Made by a program: the position numbers and the translations under genes. 64,000 bases of DNA, from contig OZ025794.1 in assembly GCA_964019425.1 (NCBI GenBank), positions 434,001-498,000 of the forward strand, given 5' to 3'. The notes below the pieces were generated by a model. The model saw only the letters and a list, made by a program, of their open reading frames with translations, was not told the DNA's origin and searched no databases. Numbering within the stretch: the stretch's first letter is position 1; every line of letters starts with the position of its first letter. Below are positions 1-10,731 of the stretch, one piece after another. This DNA is from Flectonema sp. DT1601. Taxonomy: Eukaryota.

Positions 1-1122
1 GGACTTGCTAAGGATCGTGATGGTTCATGGGGAATCAAACTACAGGATACTGATCCCATGAAATATTTAACTCATACCGCACCTCGTACTAGTGATGCAC
101 AAGAAAGTGAACAGTTTGATAAACGTAAAAAAGTTATTACCATTCAAGAAGAACAGTGTACCTTTCCACTCCCTGAAAAGCATTGTGAAAGTCAGTGTGA
201 AACGACATCAAGTAGTTGCTTTGATCTTGAAGCACAAGAATTTAAAAAGAGTTTAAGACACGACTTATTGAAATTAAGAGACAGGGTTCTTCGCCAATCT
301 CCAACATTGCGCGCTCCGACTCCTGCGTGTGCTGAGTACAAGCCTTATAGCTACACAACATTACTGCAGCAGTACAGCCCTCCTGCATCTTCTGTGTCGC
401 GACCGCTTCATACGTTGTATGCAGTGGCGCATAGAGTTAAGAATAAAATGAAAGGTGCTCTAGCTGCAGAAAAAGAAATGACACTGTTAGGAGGGTCGGC
501 TGCAGCGAGTGTCATAGCAACAGGTTCTAGTAAGCGGGGATCGAATTTAAAAGTTTCAGTAGTGGAACCATCCCCAACTATTGAAAATACTACACAAGTA
601 GATCAGCCTACGGCAAACATGTCAACAAGTGAGTCTATGCCGGCAGACACACTGGATGGGGAGGGTGATCAACAAGCTTTACTCTCTGAACCAGAGAGAA
701 GCTACTCGATGTGTCAGAAACTATTACTCTGTCCTGACTACGTCGCTACTACAAAATCAGATGCAGCAGACTCTGTTTACGCTCCTCAGTATAGAGGTGT
801 TGTACATTCGACAAATAAAGAATTTAGAGAGTTTTTAATGACTGCTGGTGCTAAGAGTCGCCTACCATCATTAAGGCCACCTCCGACTTCAAAATTTGAT
901 CGTCGGAAAACATCAAATCAATTTACTCCAAACATGTCAGACAATTTATCAACTGGATCAACAAGAGGACGTGTTGCAGGTACGAGGCCTGTTGATGGCT
1001 CTGTACATCACTTACCTCCCGTCCATTATCGAAAATTATTTTCAGAGGCCATGGAAGTGACTTGCCCTGAGGACGACACTATGCTATTTACAACTACCAG
1101 CAAGATTCCTGCTGTTAGATGA
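1..1122 (+). CDS. Hypothetical protein, probably 5'-truncated by the window edge
   Basis: Frame 1 is open from base 1 (GLAKDRDGSWGIKLQDTDPM...) to TGA at 1120-1122; Ser/Thr/Pro-rich; no recognisable domain. Confidence 0.7.
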   Translation, partial: GLAKDRDGSWGIKLQDTDPMKYLTHTAPRTSDAQESEQFDKRKKVITIQEEQCTFPLPEKHCESQCETTSSSCFDLEAQEFKKSLRHDLLKLRDRVLRQSPTLRAPTPACAEYKPYSYTTLLQQYSPPASSVSRPLHTLYAVAHRVKNKMKGALAAEKEMTLLGGSAAASVIATGSSKRGSNLKVSVVEPSPTIENTTQVDQPTANMSTSESMPADTLDGEGDQQALLSEPERSYSMCQKLLLCPDYVATTKSDAADSVYAPQYRGVVHSTNKEFREFLMTAGAKSRLPSLRPPPTSKFDRRKTSNQFTPNMSDNLSTGSTRGRVAGTRPVDGSVHHLPPVHYRKLFSEAMEVTCPEDDTMLFTTTSKIPAVR

Positions 1123-1301
1123 CTTTGGGCCATCTTTTTGTTTCTTTTAAAACGTCAACACTCTTCTTAAAAAGCAGAACATTTCCATGTTCACTGTTTG
1201 CAACGAAAAAAAAAAAGAAAAAACCATTTACACGCTGTATTGACAATAACCGAAAAAAATATGTCACAACAACAATTTCTTTCCTTTCTCCGAACAGGAA
1301 T

Positions 1302-3374
1302 ATGTGGAAACTCGACACCGGAGCGGGTAGTAAGGAAAAAGAAAATAAAGCAAAGAGAGGAAAGGAACTTCATGCTGAAGGACAAGCGTTGATGAAAAGA
1401 GCTTCAGCTGCGAAGACACCACAAGCGGCAGCTTCTCTTTATAGAGAAGCTATTGATAGATTTAATCAAGCAATTATACTTAGACCAGCAACTAGTAGAT
1501 ATTTTCATATACGTGGGAACTGTTGGAGAAACTTATATGAATACAGAAGAGCTTTATTTGACTACACGATGGCAATCCAAATAGATGACAACAAACCAGA
1601 GTACTATGGATTTAGAGGAATCTGTTTTAGATACATGGGCAAACTAGAAGATTCAATTAACGATTTCATGAGAGCAATCCACCTCGATAATGGAAATGGA
1701 ATGTGGTTCTATCACTTAGGATTAACATACTTTGATATGGGTGATAAGAAGGGTGCCATCGAACAATACACACAGGCACTTAGCCTAGAAGAACGAAAAG
1801 AAAAGGAATCGTCATCGGGAAAACGAGTTCGTTCTAAGGCATTATATCACAGAGGAAACACTTTAAGGGAATTAAATATGCTCGACTTGTCTATTGCTGA
1901 TCTCAAACAGGCTGTTGAAATGGAAGAACGTAATGCGATGGCTCACAACAATCTCGGCCTCTCATATTTTGAAAAGCAGGAATATAAGGCGGCAGTTCAG
2001 CATTTTTGGAAAGCTCTTGAAAATGATCCGGAAAAGGCAATCTTTTATAACAACAGAGGATTGGCATACTTTCAATTGCAGAGATACGATGAGGCTCTTG
2101 AAGATTTCGACAAAGCAATTCACAGAGACCCTGAGAATGCCAATATCTACTTCAACAGAGGGAATGCTGCACTCTGTATGAAAGCTTTTGAATCAGCGAT
2201 TGCTGACTTCGATGATGCCATCCGCCGAGTCGCAAACGATGAAAACAATTATCACAGTAAAGGAATCGTCTACCAAGAACAAGGTAATGTACCTGAGGCA
2301 ATAACTCAGTTTAAAAAAGCACTTGAAGTAAACCCAGATTTCATTCCATCGCTATTCCATTTGGGATTAATGTATCACATTGCTCCAACTAACCAATTAT
2401 TCTCTGCTATGGAATGTTTTACGAGAGTACTTCAAGCCGCACCGAATGATAGACGTGCTTACGAATCCCTTGGACTAGTCTACTGTGACCTTTTATACTT
2501 TGATCTGGCTGTTGGTTCATTTACTAAGGCAATTCAACTAAAAGATGATTATGCTGTAAATTACTTCTACAGAGGAAAATCATTTCTATGGTTGGGACGA
2601 CATGACAACGCCGTGCGAGATTTCAACAAAGCTTTTAAACTCGGATGTCAAGATGCTCAAGTGTTTAATAGCAGAGCGATGGCATTTAAATATCTACAAA
2701 AATACGATTCTGCAATCCGAGACCTACAAGAAGCAACAAGCAGAGATCCCACTAACGTTGAATATTTATATAACAGAGCTCAGTGCTTTATGGATATTGG
2801 AAGGTTCTCAGAGGCTACAGAGGATCTTACGCAGGCTATCAAAATTGAAGGAGAAGAAGCAAAACTATACTTTCTAAGAGGAAAGGCTTATTATCAATTA
2901 CAGGCATACTCAAATACTATAGCAGACCTTCACAAGTCATTGGAATTAGACTCTCAATCTCTTGATGCTCATGATTGTTGGTATCATGAGGGGATCGCAT
3001 TTTCAAATTCTGGAAGACATGCTGAGGCGATTGTGGCTTTTTCAAATGCGATTAAATTACGTCCGAATATCGCGAATTATGTTCACGAAAGAGCAAAATC
3101 ACATCAAAATGAAGGAAAGTATCACGAAGCTATTCAAGATTTCACAAAAGTAATTCAGCTTCATCCTCTTAGTGCTCATGCTCACTTTCGAAGGGCTTTC
3201 GCATTCAAGTCAGTCGACAAGTTTGAGGAAGCAGCTGATGATTTTGAAAAATCGCGTCAGTTGCAACCAAACAATCCAAATTTAGTTGTTAATTATAAAA
3301 AGATTTATGACGTTGAGTTTATTGAGTTGTGTGCTGCTGGAGATGAACCAGAACCGGGTAGACCTCCTGAATAA
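1302..3374 (+). CDS. Multi-TPR repeat protein (~690 aa)
   Basis: Many tandem 34-aa TPR units (e.g. FYNNRGLAYFQLQRYDEALEDFDKAIHRDP). Likely start is ATG 1302, after tttctttcctttctccgaacAG (1297); the ORF-track extension from 1119 is A/T-tract intergenic sequence. Confidence 0.9.
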   Translation: MWKLDTGAGSKEKENKAKRGKELHAEGQALMKRASAAKTPQAAASLYREAIDRFNQAIILRPATSRYFHIRGNCWRNLYEYRRALFDYTMAIQIDDNKPEYYGFRGICFRYMGKLEDSINDFMRAIHLDNGNGMWFYHLGLTYFDMGDKKGAIEQYTQALSLEERKEKESSSGKRVRSKALYHRGNTLRELNMLDLSIADLKQAVEMEERNAMAHNNLGLSYFEKQEYKAAVQHFWKALENDPEKAIFYNNRGLAYFQLQRYDEALEDFDKAIHRDPENANIYFNRGNAALCMKAFESAIADFDDAIRRVANDENNYHSKGIVYQEQGNVPEAITQFKKALEVNPDFIPSLFHLGLMYHIAPTNQLFSAMECFTRVLQAAPNDRRAYESLGLVYCDLLYFDLAVGSFTKAIQLKDDYAVNYFYRGKSFLWLGRHDNAVRDFNKAFKLGCQDAQVFNSRAMAFKYLQKYDSAIRDLQEATSRDPTNVEYLYNRAQCFMDIGRFSEATEDLTQAIKIEGEEAKLYFLRGKAYYQLQAYSNTIADLHKSLELDSQSLDAHDCWYHEGIAFSNSGRHAEAIVAFSNAIKLRPNIANYVHERAKSHQNEGKYHEAIQDFTKVIQLHPLSAHAHFRRAFAFKSVDKFEEAADDFEKSRQLQPNNPNLVVNYKKIYDVEFIELCAAGDEPEPGRPPE

Positions 3375-3537
3375 TGATGTCATCCTTATTATGTATTAAA
3401 AAATTATTATTTAATTCACATTTACATGTGTTTTTCTTATTATCAGTTTTTTTTTTGCAATGAGAACCTAACGGCGAAATTTTCTTAACTCTTTTCATTA
3501 ACAGAAAACAAAGAAACAAACAAAAGAATTCTAAAAA

Positions 3538-3613
3538 ATGGCAGCCGATGAAGATATTACTTATCTGAAGACTCATGATGTTCCGAGTGTGATGGAGGAG
3601 GTTTGTTTTGTTC

Positions 3614-3649
<36 letters not shown>

Positions 3650-3758
3650 CAACAACAATAACAAAAATCAGATTGTAAGTAAAATGTTGGCAGACATGCC
3701 GGACGAACCCATCCAATTTTTAGTCTCTGAATTTGAGAAGAAAGCTGCAAAGGAATAA
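3538..3758 (+). CDS. 49-aa RIIa/Dpy-30-like dimerisation-docking (D/D) domain microprotein; exons 3538-3600 and 3672-3758
   Basis: Spliced product MAADEDITYLKTHDVPSVMEE|IVSKMLADMPDEPIQFLVSEFEKKAAKE* matches the YL..H.V....E....L...P..P..FL pattern. Intron 3601-3671 is GTTTGT...AATCAG; upstream acceptor AG at 3504. Confidence 0.85.
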
Positions 3759-4115
3759 GATACAAGTCAGACCCTGAAATATGGGAATGAGCAGCAACCA
3801 TTGAAACGAATAGCGCCTATCGCTTCCGAGTGCTTTTTTTTTTTAAAACCCCTTTTTCAGCTTGGTGGTAGGGGACACACACAAGAAGGAAAAAAAAACT
3901 CATTGTAAGATACCTTATATTACATGAATAATGTAAATTAAGAAAACACACACACCCATTGTGAAAATATATTTTATAAATAATTCAAACAAACACTCTA
4001 GGAACTAATTATACCATTCACTGGAATCTACTAGAAACATGAAACTCTTGTGACTACTACAAGACATCATTTGGGTAGATAGTAAATATTATTCTCGTTC
4101 TCAGATCATAATAAG

Positions 4116-5755
4116 ATGGACCACGAAGGTCATGCGAGGCAACCAGTAGCAGAGAATCCAGCAAGTAGGACTCTTTGGTTGGGAGATATTCAACCTGTTC
4201 ATACGGAAGATGCTTTGACTATTTATTTTGAAAGGTTTGGTAAGTTAGACAGCATTAGAGTCCTTCATGCGAAGAACATCGCGTTTGTGAATTTTCTTAA
4301 TGTTCAAGACGCTGCTAGAGCAAAAGAAGCAGTCTCACAGGAGCCGATCTGCGGAGTTCACGTTCAACATAACTTTGCGAAAAGTGCGCAGGTTGCAACT
4401 GGTCCAGCAGGTAAGGTCGCATTGGGTGAAAATGAAATCCCTTCAAACATCGTATGGATTGGAGGACTGTTGATTCCTCCACTCACTGAAACATTCCTGA
4501 ATGAGTTATTTGCTGGCTTCCCAGGTCTTATTAATGTTGTCGTATACGAAGAAAAGAAAATTGCTTTCGTCAACTTTCAATCCATTCAGCATGCAACTCT
4601 GGCCCGTAACTCCATAATTGGGAAACCTCTGGGAGGTGTTCCTGTTAAGGTTTGCTTTGGTAAGCCGCCTAATTCCTCAAATCAAGTATGTGTAGTTTTC
4701 TTTAGCAGCGCTTGATCTTAAATAGAATAAAAATAACAACAACAACACCACAGGCACGAGCAATGGGGATTGGCGATAGTTCCACAACAACAGCCTATCA
4801 AGTTAGGCAATTACAACAACCTGTTGACTATTACGAGGGAATCGATCTGTATGTTATTATTATTATTAGTTTTTCTTTTTTGTGTATTAAACCATAGATT
4901 AACAAAACACACAACACAACGCACACACAACTTACAGACCTGATGCGCTTAGCCCACAGGAAGTTGAAGAACTACTCGACCATATGAGAGGACTTCACCC
5001 AGATCAACCTCAAAAATTACAAGATGCTGTATCTTGGGCAATGGTACGAAGCCATAGTGTAAAGGACATCATTCATCTTCTTGATATACGTTCGTTAGAT
5101 AATTACATGAATGATGCAGGTAAGAGACTTCAGTTTTTATATTTCTACTTCGAACTCCTTCGACATGCCAAAACCGACGAACCAGAACTACTAAACAATC
5201 TGGTTGGCAGTCCTAAGTTATATGACGTAGTAAAGACTTTGTGTTGGAATCAACCTGCGTCTTCATGTGCTCATGTGACTCAAGTGTTTGCAGCAGCTCA
5301 TGAGTTAGGTATATTAACAGATCAAATATTTATTGATATGAATTCGTTAATAAAGACTCCTGAGGAACTCGATCAGTTTAAATCAGCCTACGGATTGAAC
5401 AAAGGACCTCCAGCAGGTCCTTTTGGAGGTAATTCAGGATACCAAGGAAGAGATCCATACGGTGCTGGCCCACCAGCAGGTGACTACGGACGTGGCCCTC
5501 CTCCTCCTCCACGCGACTCATACGGTAATAGAGATGAAGGCCGTCCACAGTATGGAGCTCGCGGGCGTGATTCATACGGTGGGGGCAGTCGCAGCCGTGT
5601 TCCTCGCAGCTACGAGGATGATGAGTATGTGAATACATATTCTTTTTAATATAGATTTTATACTTTTCCTAATTAATAAATAAAACAGTGACTACCGCTA
5701 TAAGAGAAGAGACACAAGACGAGAACGCGATACCCGTGGAAGCCGTCGCTACTAG
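4116..5755 (+). CDS. RNA-binding protein: 2 RRMs, CID-like helical domain, Gly/Arg/Asp-rich tail (~472 aa); exons 4116-4685, 4754-4848, 4938-5624, 5689-5755
   Basis: RNP2/RNP1 motifs (TLWLGDI/NIAFVNF; IVWIGGL/KIAFVNF); CID-like AVSWAM...KRLQFLYFYFELL. GTATGT...CAG introns 4686-4753, 4849-4937 and 5625-5688 join the ORFs in frame. Confidence 0.85.
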
Positions 5756-6115
5756 TCAAAGCTGTCTAATTAGAAAGGTTGATATTCTTACGTTATGTAG
5801 TCAGATTAGTATGATTAATGTGTTTCTCACATTACTTTAAGTTCTTAAGTTAATGACTTAACTTCAATCATGGGTCTTTCTTCACAAACGACAGCCTGCT
5901 TTTGGCAGTGACGAAGTGTACCCTGTAGTGTTCAATGAGTGTTCTCCACACGGATTATAACTAAAAAAAAAAAAAAAAAAAAAAAATTAATAGTTTCGTA
6001 ATATTTTGTTTCCCCCCTCCTGCATGCTCTCAAATGACGATGACTGATAGAGACTGTGTGTAATTTATTTAAATACATCACCTTTCAAGGTGGGTAAAAA
6101 GGAAAACAAAATAAA

Positions 6116-6739
6116 ATGGAAATTTTTGGTGGTATACGTGCGCAGAAGGCAATGTGTGCCTATGCTTTCCATGCCCTTGAGGCACATTCTAAAGAGTGGA
6201 AACCGAAATATCCGATTACTGTTGAGGAAGTGCCAACAGATGTTGATATGCATGGAATGTTTGTGACGTTTAAGAAAGACAATAAACTGAGGGGATGTGT
6301 TGGTAGTTTTCGAACAGTTGATTTACAAGAGGGTCTGATGTCGTATGGAGTAGCTGCTGGATCTCAAGATTCGAGATTCTCTCCAATCGCACCAAATGAA
6401 TTAACCCTACTAGATTGTGAAGTAACGACACTTTCTCCAAAAACAAAAATAAATCACTGGGAAGACTGGTTTCACGGTGTTCATGGACTCCATCTTCAAT
6501 ACACTGAAGACGGAAAACAACATTCATCTACTTTCTTACCAGATGTAATCCTAAATCAAGGTTGGACTAAAAGACAAACCTTTAATTACCTACTCGCCAA
6601 AGCTGGTTGTAGAGCCAGAGCAACACCAGAAGTACTAAGTGAATGCATAGTTCACACTTATGAAAGTAGTAAAGAAGTATTATCATACAGAGAATATCAT
6701 GACCTTTATCGTACAAAGTGGGGTTTCCTACCACTGTAA
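6116..6739 (+). CDS. AMMECR1: AMMECR1-domain protein
   Basis: GMFVTF..., LRGCVG (canonical LRGCIG), DSRFSPI, GVHGL, STFLPDV...QGW, LLAKAG motifs. Confidence 0.92.
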   Translation: MEIFGGIRAQKAMCAYAFHALEAHSKEWKPKYPITVEEVPTDVDMHGMFVTFKKDNKLRGCVGSFRTVDLQEGLMSYGVAAGSQDSRFSPIAPNELTLLDCEVTTLSPKTKINHWEDWFHGVHGLHLQYTEDGKQHSSTFLPDVILNQGWTKRQTFNYLLAKAGCRARATPEVLSECIVHTYESSKEVLSYREYHDLYRTKWGFLPL

Positions 6740-6912
6740 TTGATTTAACGTGACGGGTGGTCCAGGGACAGTTGTATACAACTGTGAGTTAGGTAGGCAC
6801 ATTATGCGCTGCCAAACATTTTTTCTTTTTTTTGCTCTAACAAAACTGCAATTGTTTTGGGAAAACAAAGCATTCCTCAATTTCCATCAGTCTAAATCAT
6901 AAAGAAAATAAC

Positions 6913-7581
6913 ATGGCGACAGAAAGGACAGCCAGGGGGTACACCATCACTGTTACCCCAGAGATGGAGTTTGTGTCACTTTGTCAGAAAGGAGCGTTTC
7001 AAGAAGTTGCAGAAAAGTTGGAAAATAAAACCGATCCAAACACTAAGGCCTATGTATTCGCTAAGGGTAGACTATTAGGATGTAAGTATTCTGGTGACTG
7101 GGGCAAGTACATAATGACCCATCAAAGTGGAGACAGAATGGTTGGGTCAGCAATGCATTATGCAGTAATGGCTGAGAGGGTGGAAGTCATTGGATTATTA
7201 CTGGCATTTGGTGCTTCTCCAACACAGAGGTTCAACTATCCTCCTCACATGCCTCATGAAGAAACTGTTGAAGAACTCGTCGCAAAGAATTGCAGTGAAA
7301 ATAAAATTTTATCAAAAGTGATGTTAATTATGAAAGTATGGTCTCGTATCGAGAATTCCAACCCTCGCAAGCTTCAGATGCTCGCAAAGCTACCTGAAGA
7401 AACCCCAGTCCTCAAAGAGTACTTAGAAAAACTAGTAGAGCGACACAACGACGATGATTCTTTAAAATTCTTAACTTCGAGTGGACCAAAGAAAGTAAAA
7501 GAAGGACACGAAGCAGATGCTGAAAAAATGATGCAAAAAATGCTAAACGAAGAAGCCGTTGAAGACACGTCCCAACCGTGA
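6913..7581 (+). CDS. Ankyrin-repeat-containing hypothetical protein (222 aa)
   Basis: SAMHYAVMAERVEVIGLLLAFGASP is ankyrin-like; acceptor tttccatcAG at 6890. Confidence 0.75.
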   Translation: MATERTARGYTITVTPEMEFVSLCQKGAFQEVAEKLENKTDPNTKAYVFAKGRLLGCKYSGDWGKYIMTHQSGDRMVGSAMHYAVMAERVEVIGLLLAFGASPTQRFNYPPHMPHEETVEELVAKNCSENKILSKVMLIMKVWSRIENSNPRKLQMLAKLPEETPVLKEYLEKLVERHNDDDSLKFLTSSGPKKVKEGHEADAEKMMQKMLNEEAVEDTSQP

Positions 7582-7837
7582 TGTTCTTTTAGTTCGAATA
7601 AATTAGGTTAGTTATATTGACATGCAAGTATTTCATTGTTTGCATCCCCATTTTTTTTTGTCTGAGTGATTGCTTTAGAATGGACCTTTTGATTCCTTCA
7701 TATACTTATTGTAAGATGAATTCACCTCCTCCGACTATTCAGGTAGCTTACTATGTGACATTGCTTAGAGTTATTCATAATGTGTAAGTATTCATTTTTT
7801 GTTACCTTTCAACTATCAACAGGTAAACTAACAAAAG

Positions 7838-8636
7838 ATGTTTGTTGTCAGAGCATTTCAGAATCTGCTCAATGCTGTGAAAGCGTATGTTTCTTATTGT
7901 CTTTACTTTTGTACTAAAAAACTTGAATATATCAAATTTAAAAAAAAAAAAAAACAGAAAATTTTGGAAGCAGGAGATGGAACTTACCTTAGTTGGTATT
8001 CAGAACGCAGGTAAGACAACTCTCCTCAACGTCATCTCTGATGGTAAGGCAAAGGACACCATTCCTACAGTCGGTCTTAATATTAGAAAGATTCGCAAAG
8101 GTATGCTTGATTGGTGTTGGAGTGATAACATATTTTTTCGAAAAACAACAACAAAAACAAACAAACAAACAAACAGGTAACATTTCAATCAAATTATGGG
8201 ACATTGGTGGTCAGCCTAGATTTAGAGGAATGTGGGAAAGATACTGCAGGGGTGTTAACGCTATCGTATTCGTTGTCGACTCTTCTAACAAGAGCGCATC
8301 GAACCTTGACGCATCCCAAAAAGAACTTAATGAACTCATGTCAAAACCAGCTCTTGAGAAAATCCCTCTTCTCGTCCTCGGAAACAAAAACGACATACCG
8401 GGACACTTGACAACACAGGAGCTTCGTGATGCCTTGTATGTGTTTTTTTTCTCTTTTATGTTTTTGTTTGATAAAAAAAAAAAATGGAGCAACTAGAATA
8501 AACAACACACAGGGACCTCGACAAAATTAAAGGAAGAGAAGTTTGCGTATACAGCATTTCCGCTAAGAACGCAGTTAATATCGATATGACCCTTCAGTGG
8601 TTAATTAAAAATTCTAAGAATTCGAAGAGTTCTTAA
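7838..8636 (+). CDS. ARL8: ADP-ribosylation factor-like GTPase Arl8 (~190 aa); exons 7838-7884, 7958-8100, 8177-8435, 8513-8636
   Basis: [59 protein letters not shown]. Introns 7885-7957, 8101-8176 and 8436-8512 restore a full-length Arl8. Confidence 0.95.
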
Positions 8637-10731
8637 GTGACAAAATACTTGAGGTAAAAAAATTGAGAGGGAGGGAGAAAAAAAAAAAAAAAAGGTGAGA
8701 AAGAAAAAAAAAAATATTTCAATGAAGAGGTGCGTGCATATCTCGTGCGAGGTATTAGTGAGTTTTTGAAACTGAAAATGAAAGAAAGAAAAGAAAAATT
8801 GAGGGGTGGGACACGAAAAAGAAGCAAAAAACGTATGGTGAGTGTATCCAAGATCCGATGAGAGTGTTTCCTTTGATCATCGCTATAGCTGGTTTGAGTT
8901 GTGTTTTTTTTTTCTCTTTTTTTTTTTTCTTGTTTTTTCAAAAATCTAAAAAAAAAAAAAAAAAATACCTTGAAATCTCTCATGGCATCCCGCGTGTCTT
9001 ATCCCTGTTTCAGAAAAAAAAAAAAAGGAAGAGGAAAAAAAAAAAAAAAAGGAAATATTTAGTTTTTTTCATGACTTCAATAGAAGGCGTCATCAGTGTT
9101 GCGTGTATTACCTAAAAGCTGTCAAGCTCTCTATATGTAGCTCGACAGCTCACTGAAGCGGGATGGAGGTGAGGGGGAAATGAAATTTTATGAATTTCTG
9201 GAAAACAATAACACGAAACTTATAGCTGCCGTTCCAAAACCTTAAATCTTACTGCTGTTTCATTGTGTACAGGATAATCAAAATTATTGTGTGACCCTAG
9301 CCCTCTAATTTGGTTGCCGTTTTCTACTTTTCAACTGATATGTCTTGTTTGAAGATAACAACAACCCTAAAGGCAGAGATCTCATAGGTCACTGTCCATC
9401 ACATGTTTTGTATTCTTCGCTCAATACATGTTCCGTGTGTTGCACATCATTCCTTGTGTGTTTTCTTTTTCTCCTCCTATGATCTTGCTCGTGTGCACAT
9501 GGACTAGCTTGTCCCTCACCTCACTAACGAATTCCCTCTATTTCTTTTTTGTTAGTGGAACTTCTCACAGCAATCTAAAAAATGCGGGAAAGCACCAAAA
9601 AAAGCGGAATCAAGGAGTCTTTTTATTACGTTTTTTTTTTTTTTTTTTTTTTTTTTGAATTTGTACACTACCGCGACGTGGTTCCTTCGAAAATGGAAAC
9701 TTAGGAAGGTAGATGTTTGGTCTTTTTATGATTCATGTCCTCCTTTGTAAGTTCTGTGCCACGAAGTCCACAGACGGAGGTATTTGAACATAGTTGTACT
9801 TGCCAATCATTTTTTAAATTTCTTTCTTTTTTTTCCCCCTCATTGTAGTTGCACAATAACAAATACAACGACATTCAGTAATTATTATATTATTTTCTTT
9901 TTTCTTCTTTTTTGTTTCTTGTGCGTTACTAAAAGGCACCTACTTAATAATAGCTCGAGTCATTGTTGTTCGTCATAACAACGAAGAAATGTTTCGGAGA
10001 AAACTCGACGCAGTTTTCTTTGTTGATGGGAAAAAAAAAGAAAGGTTGGTAGTTGCTTTAATAGCCTACCATTAAACGAGTTGATTTTTTTTTTTAAAAT
10101 TTCTTTTTTTTAATAAAAAAGAAGGAAACAAAAAGAGAATAGGAAAAAAAAAAAAAAAAAAAAACGGAAAAGAAAAAAATATTAATGTGTGATGGAATCT
10201 TTGTCCCCGGAACGAGCCCCTACTTTTTTGTTTTTTTGTTTTCCACTCTCACCATCCCCCTGTGAACATTTAAGGCAGTAAAAATCTGAAAGGGTTTCTT
10301 CCCCATTTTTCTTTGTCACTTGAGTGAGTAATCCAGGAATCCTTCCATCTACGGATTCCTTATAAAGCTGTTAGTGCAACATACTGACTACTGCTTAGTG
10401 TTGTTTTTTTGGGCTGAGCCACTTGCAGAGTAGGCCTTATTGCACAGCTAAAGGTATCTTCTCGTTAGTGGCTCACCACCCCCCCATCCCTCCCCTCAAA
10501 AATCTGGGGTATTGGTATCTAAAAAACCTTTGCCAACGTGGAGTGCCCTGCTGTCTGGATTATGTGAGAAAATTGCGTTTTGGAGAATTTTATGTCACTT
10601 TTTTCTTTAAAATTTTTAGACAACGCATAATAACACAAAGCATAGTAACACCATACACAATGACGAGGGGATGTTGATGAAAAGCTGACTAATTGTAAGC
10701 TACTTTATCCTTAACTCCCCACAGTAAACAG

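Noticed and set aside
1119..1301. ATGA overlap suggesting translational coupling of gene 1 and the TPR gene
   Set aside because: The extension translates A/T tracts; a good acceptor (1297) and ATG (1302) explain the start, and a trial intron 1114-1297 hits a stop.
8637..10731. Short poly-Phe/poly-Lys ORFs in intergenic DNA (also 26800-27920, 43535-44000, 59700-61820)
   Set aside because: Homopolymer-driven; no motifs or consistent splice structure.
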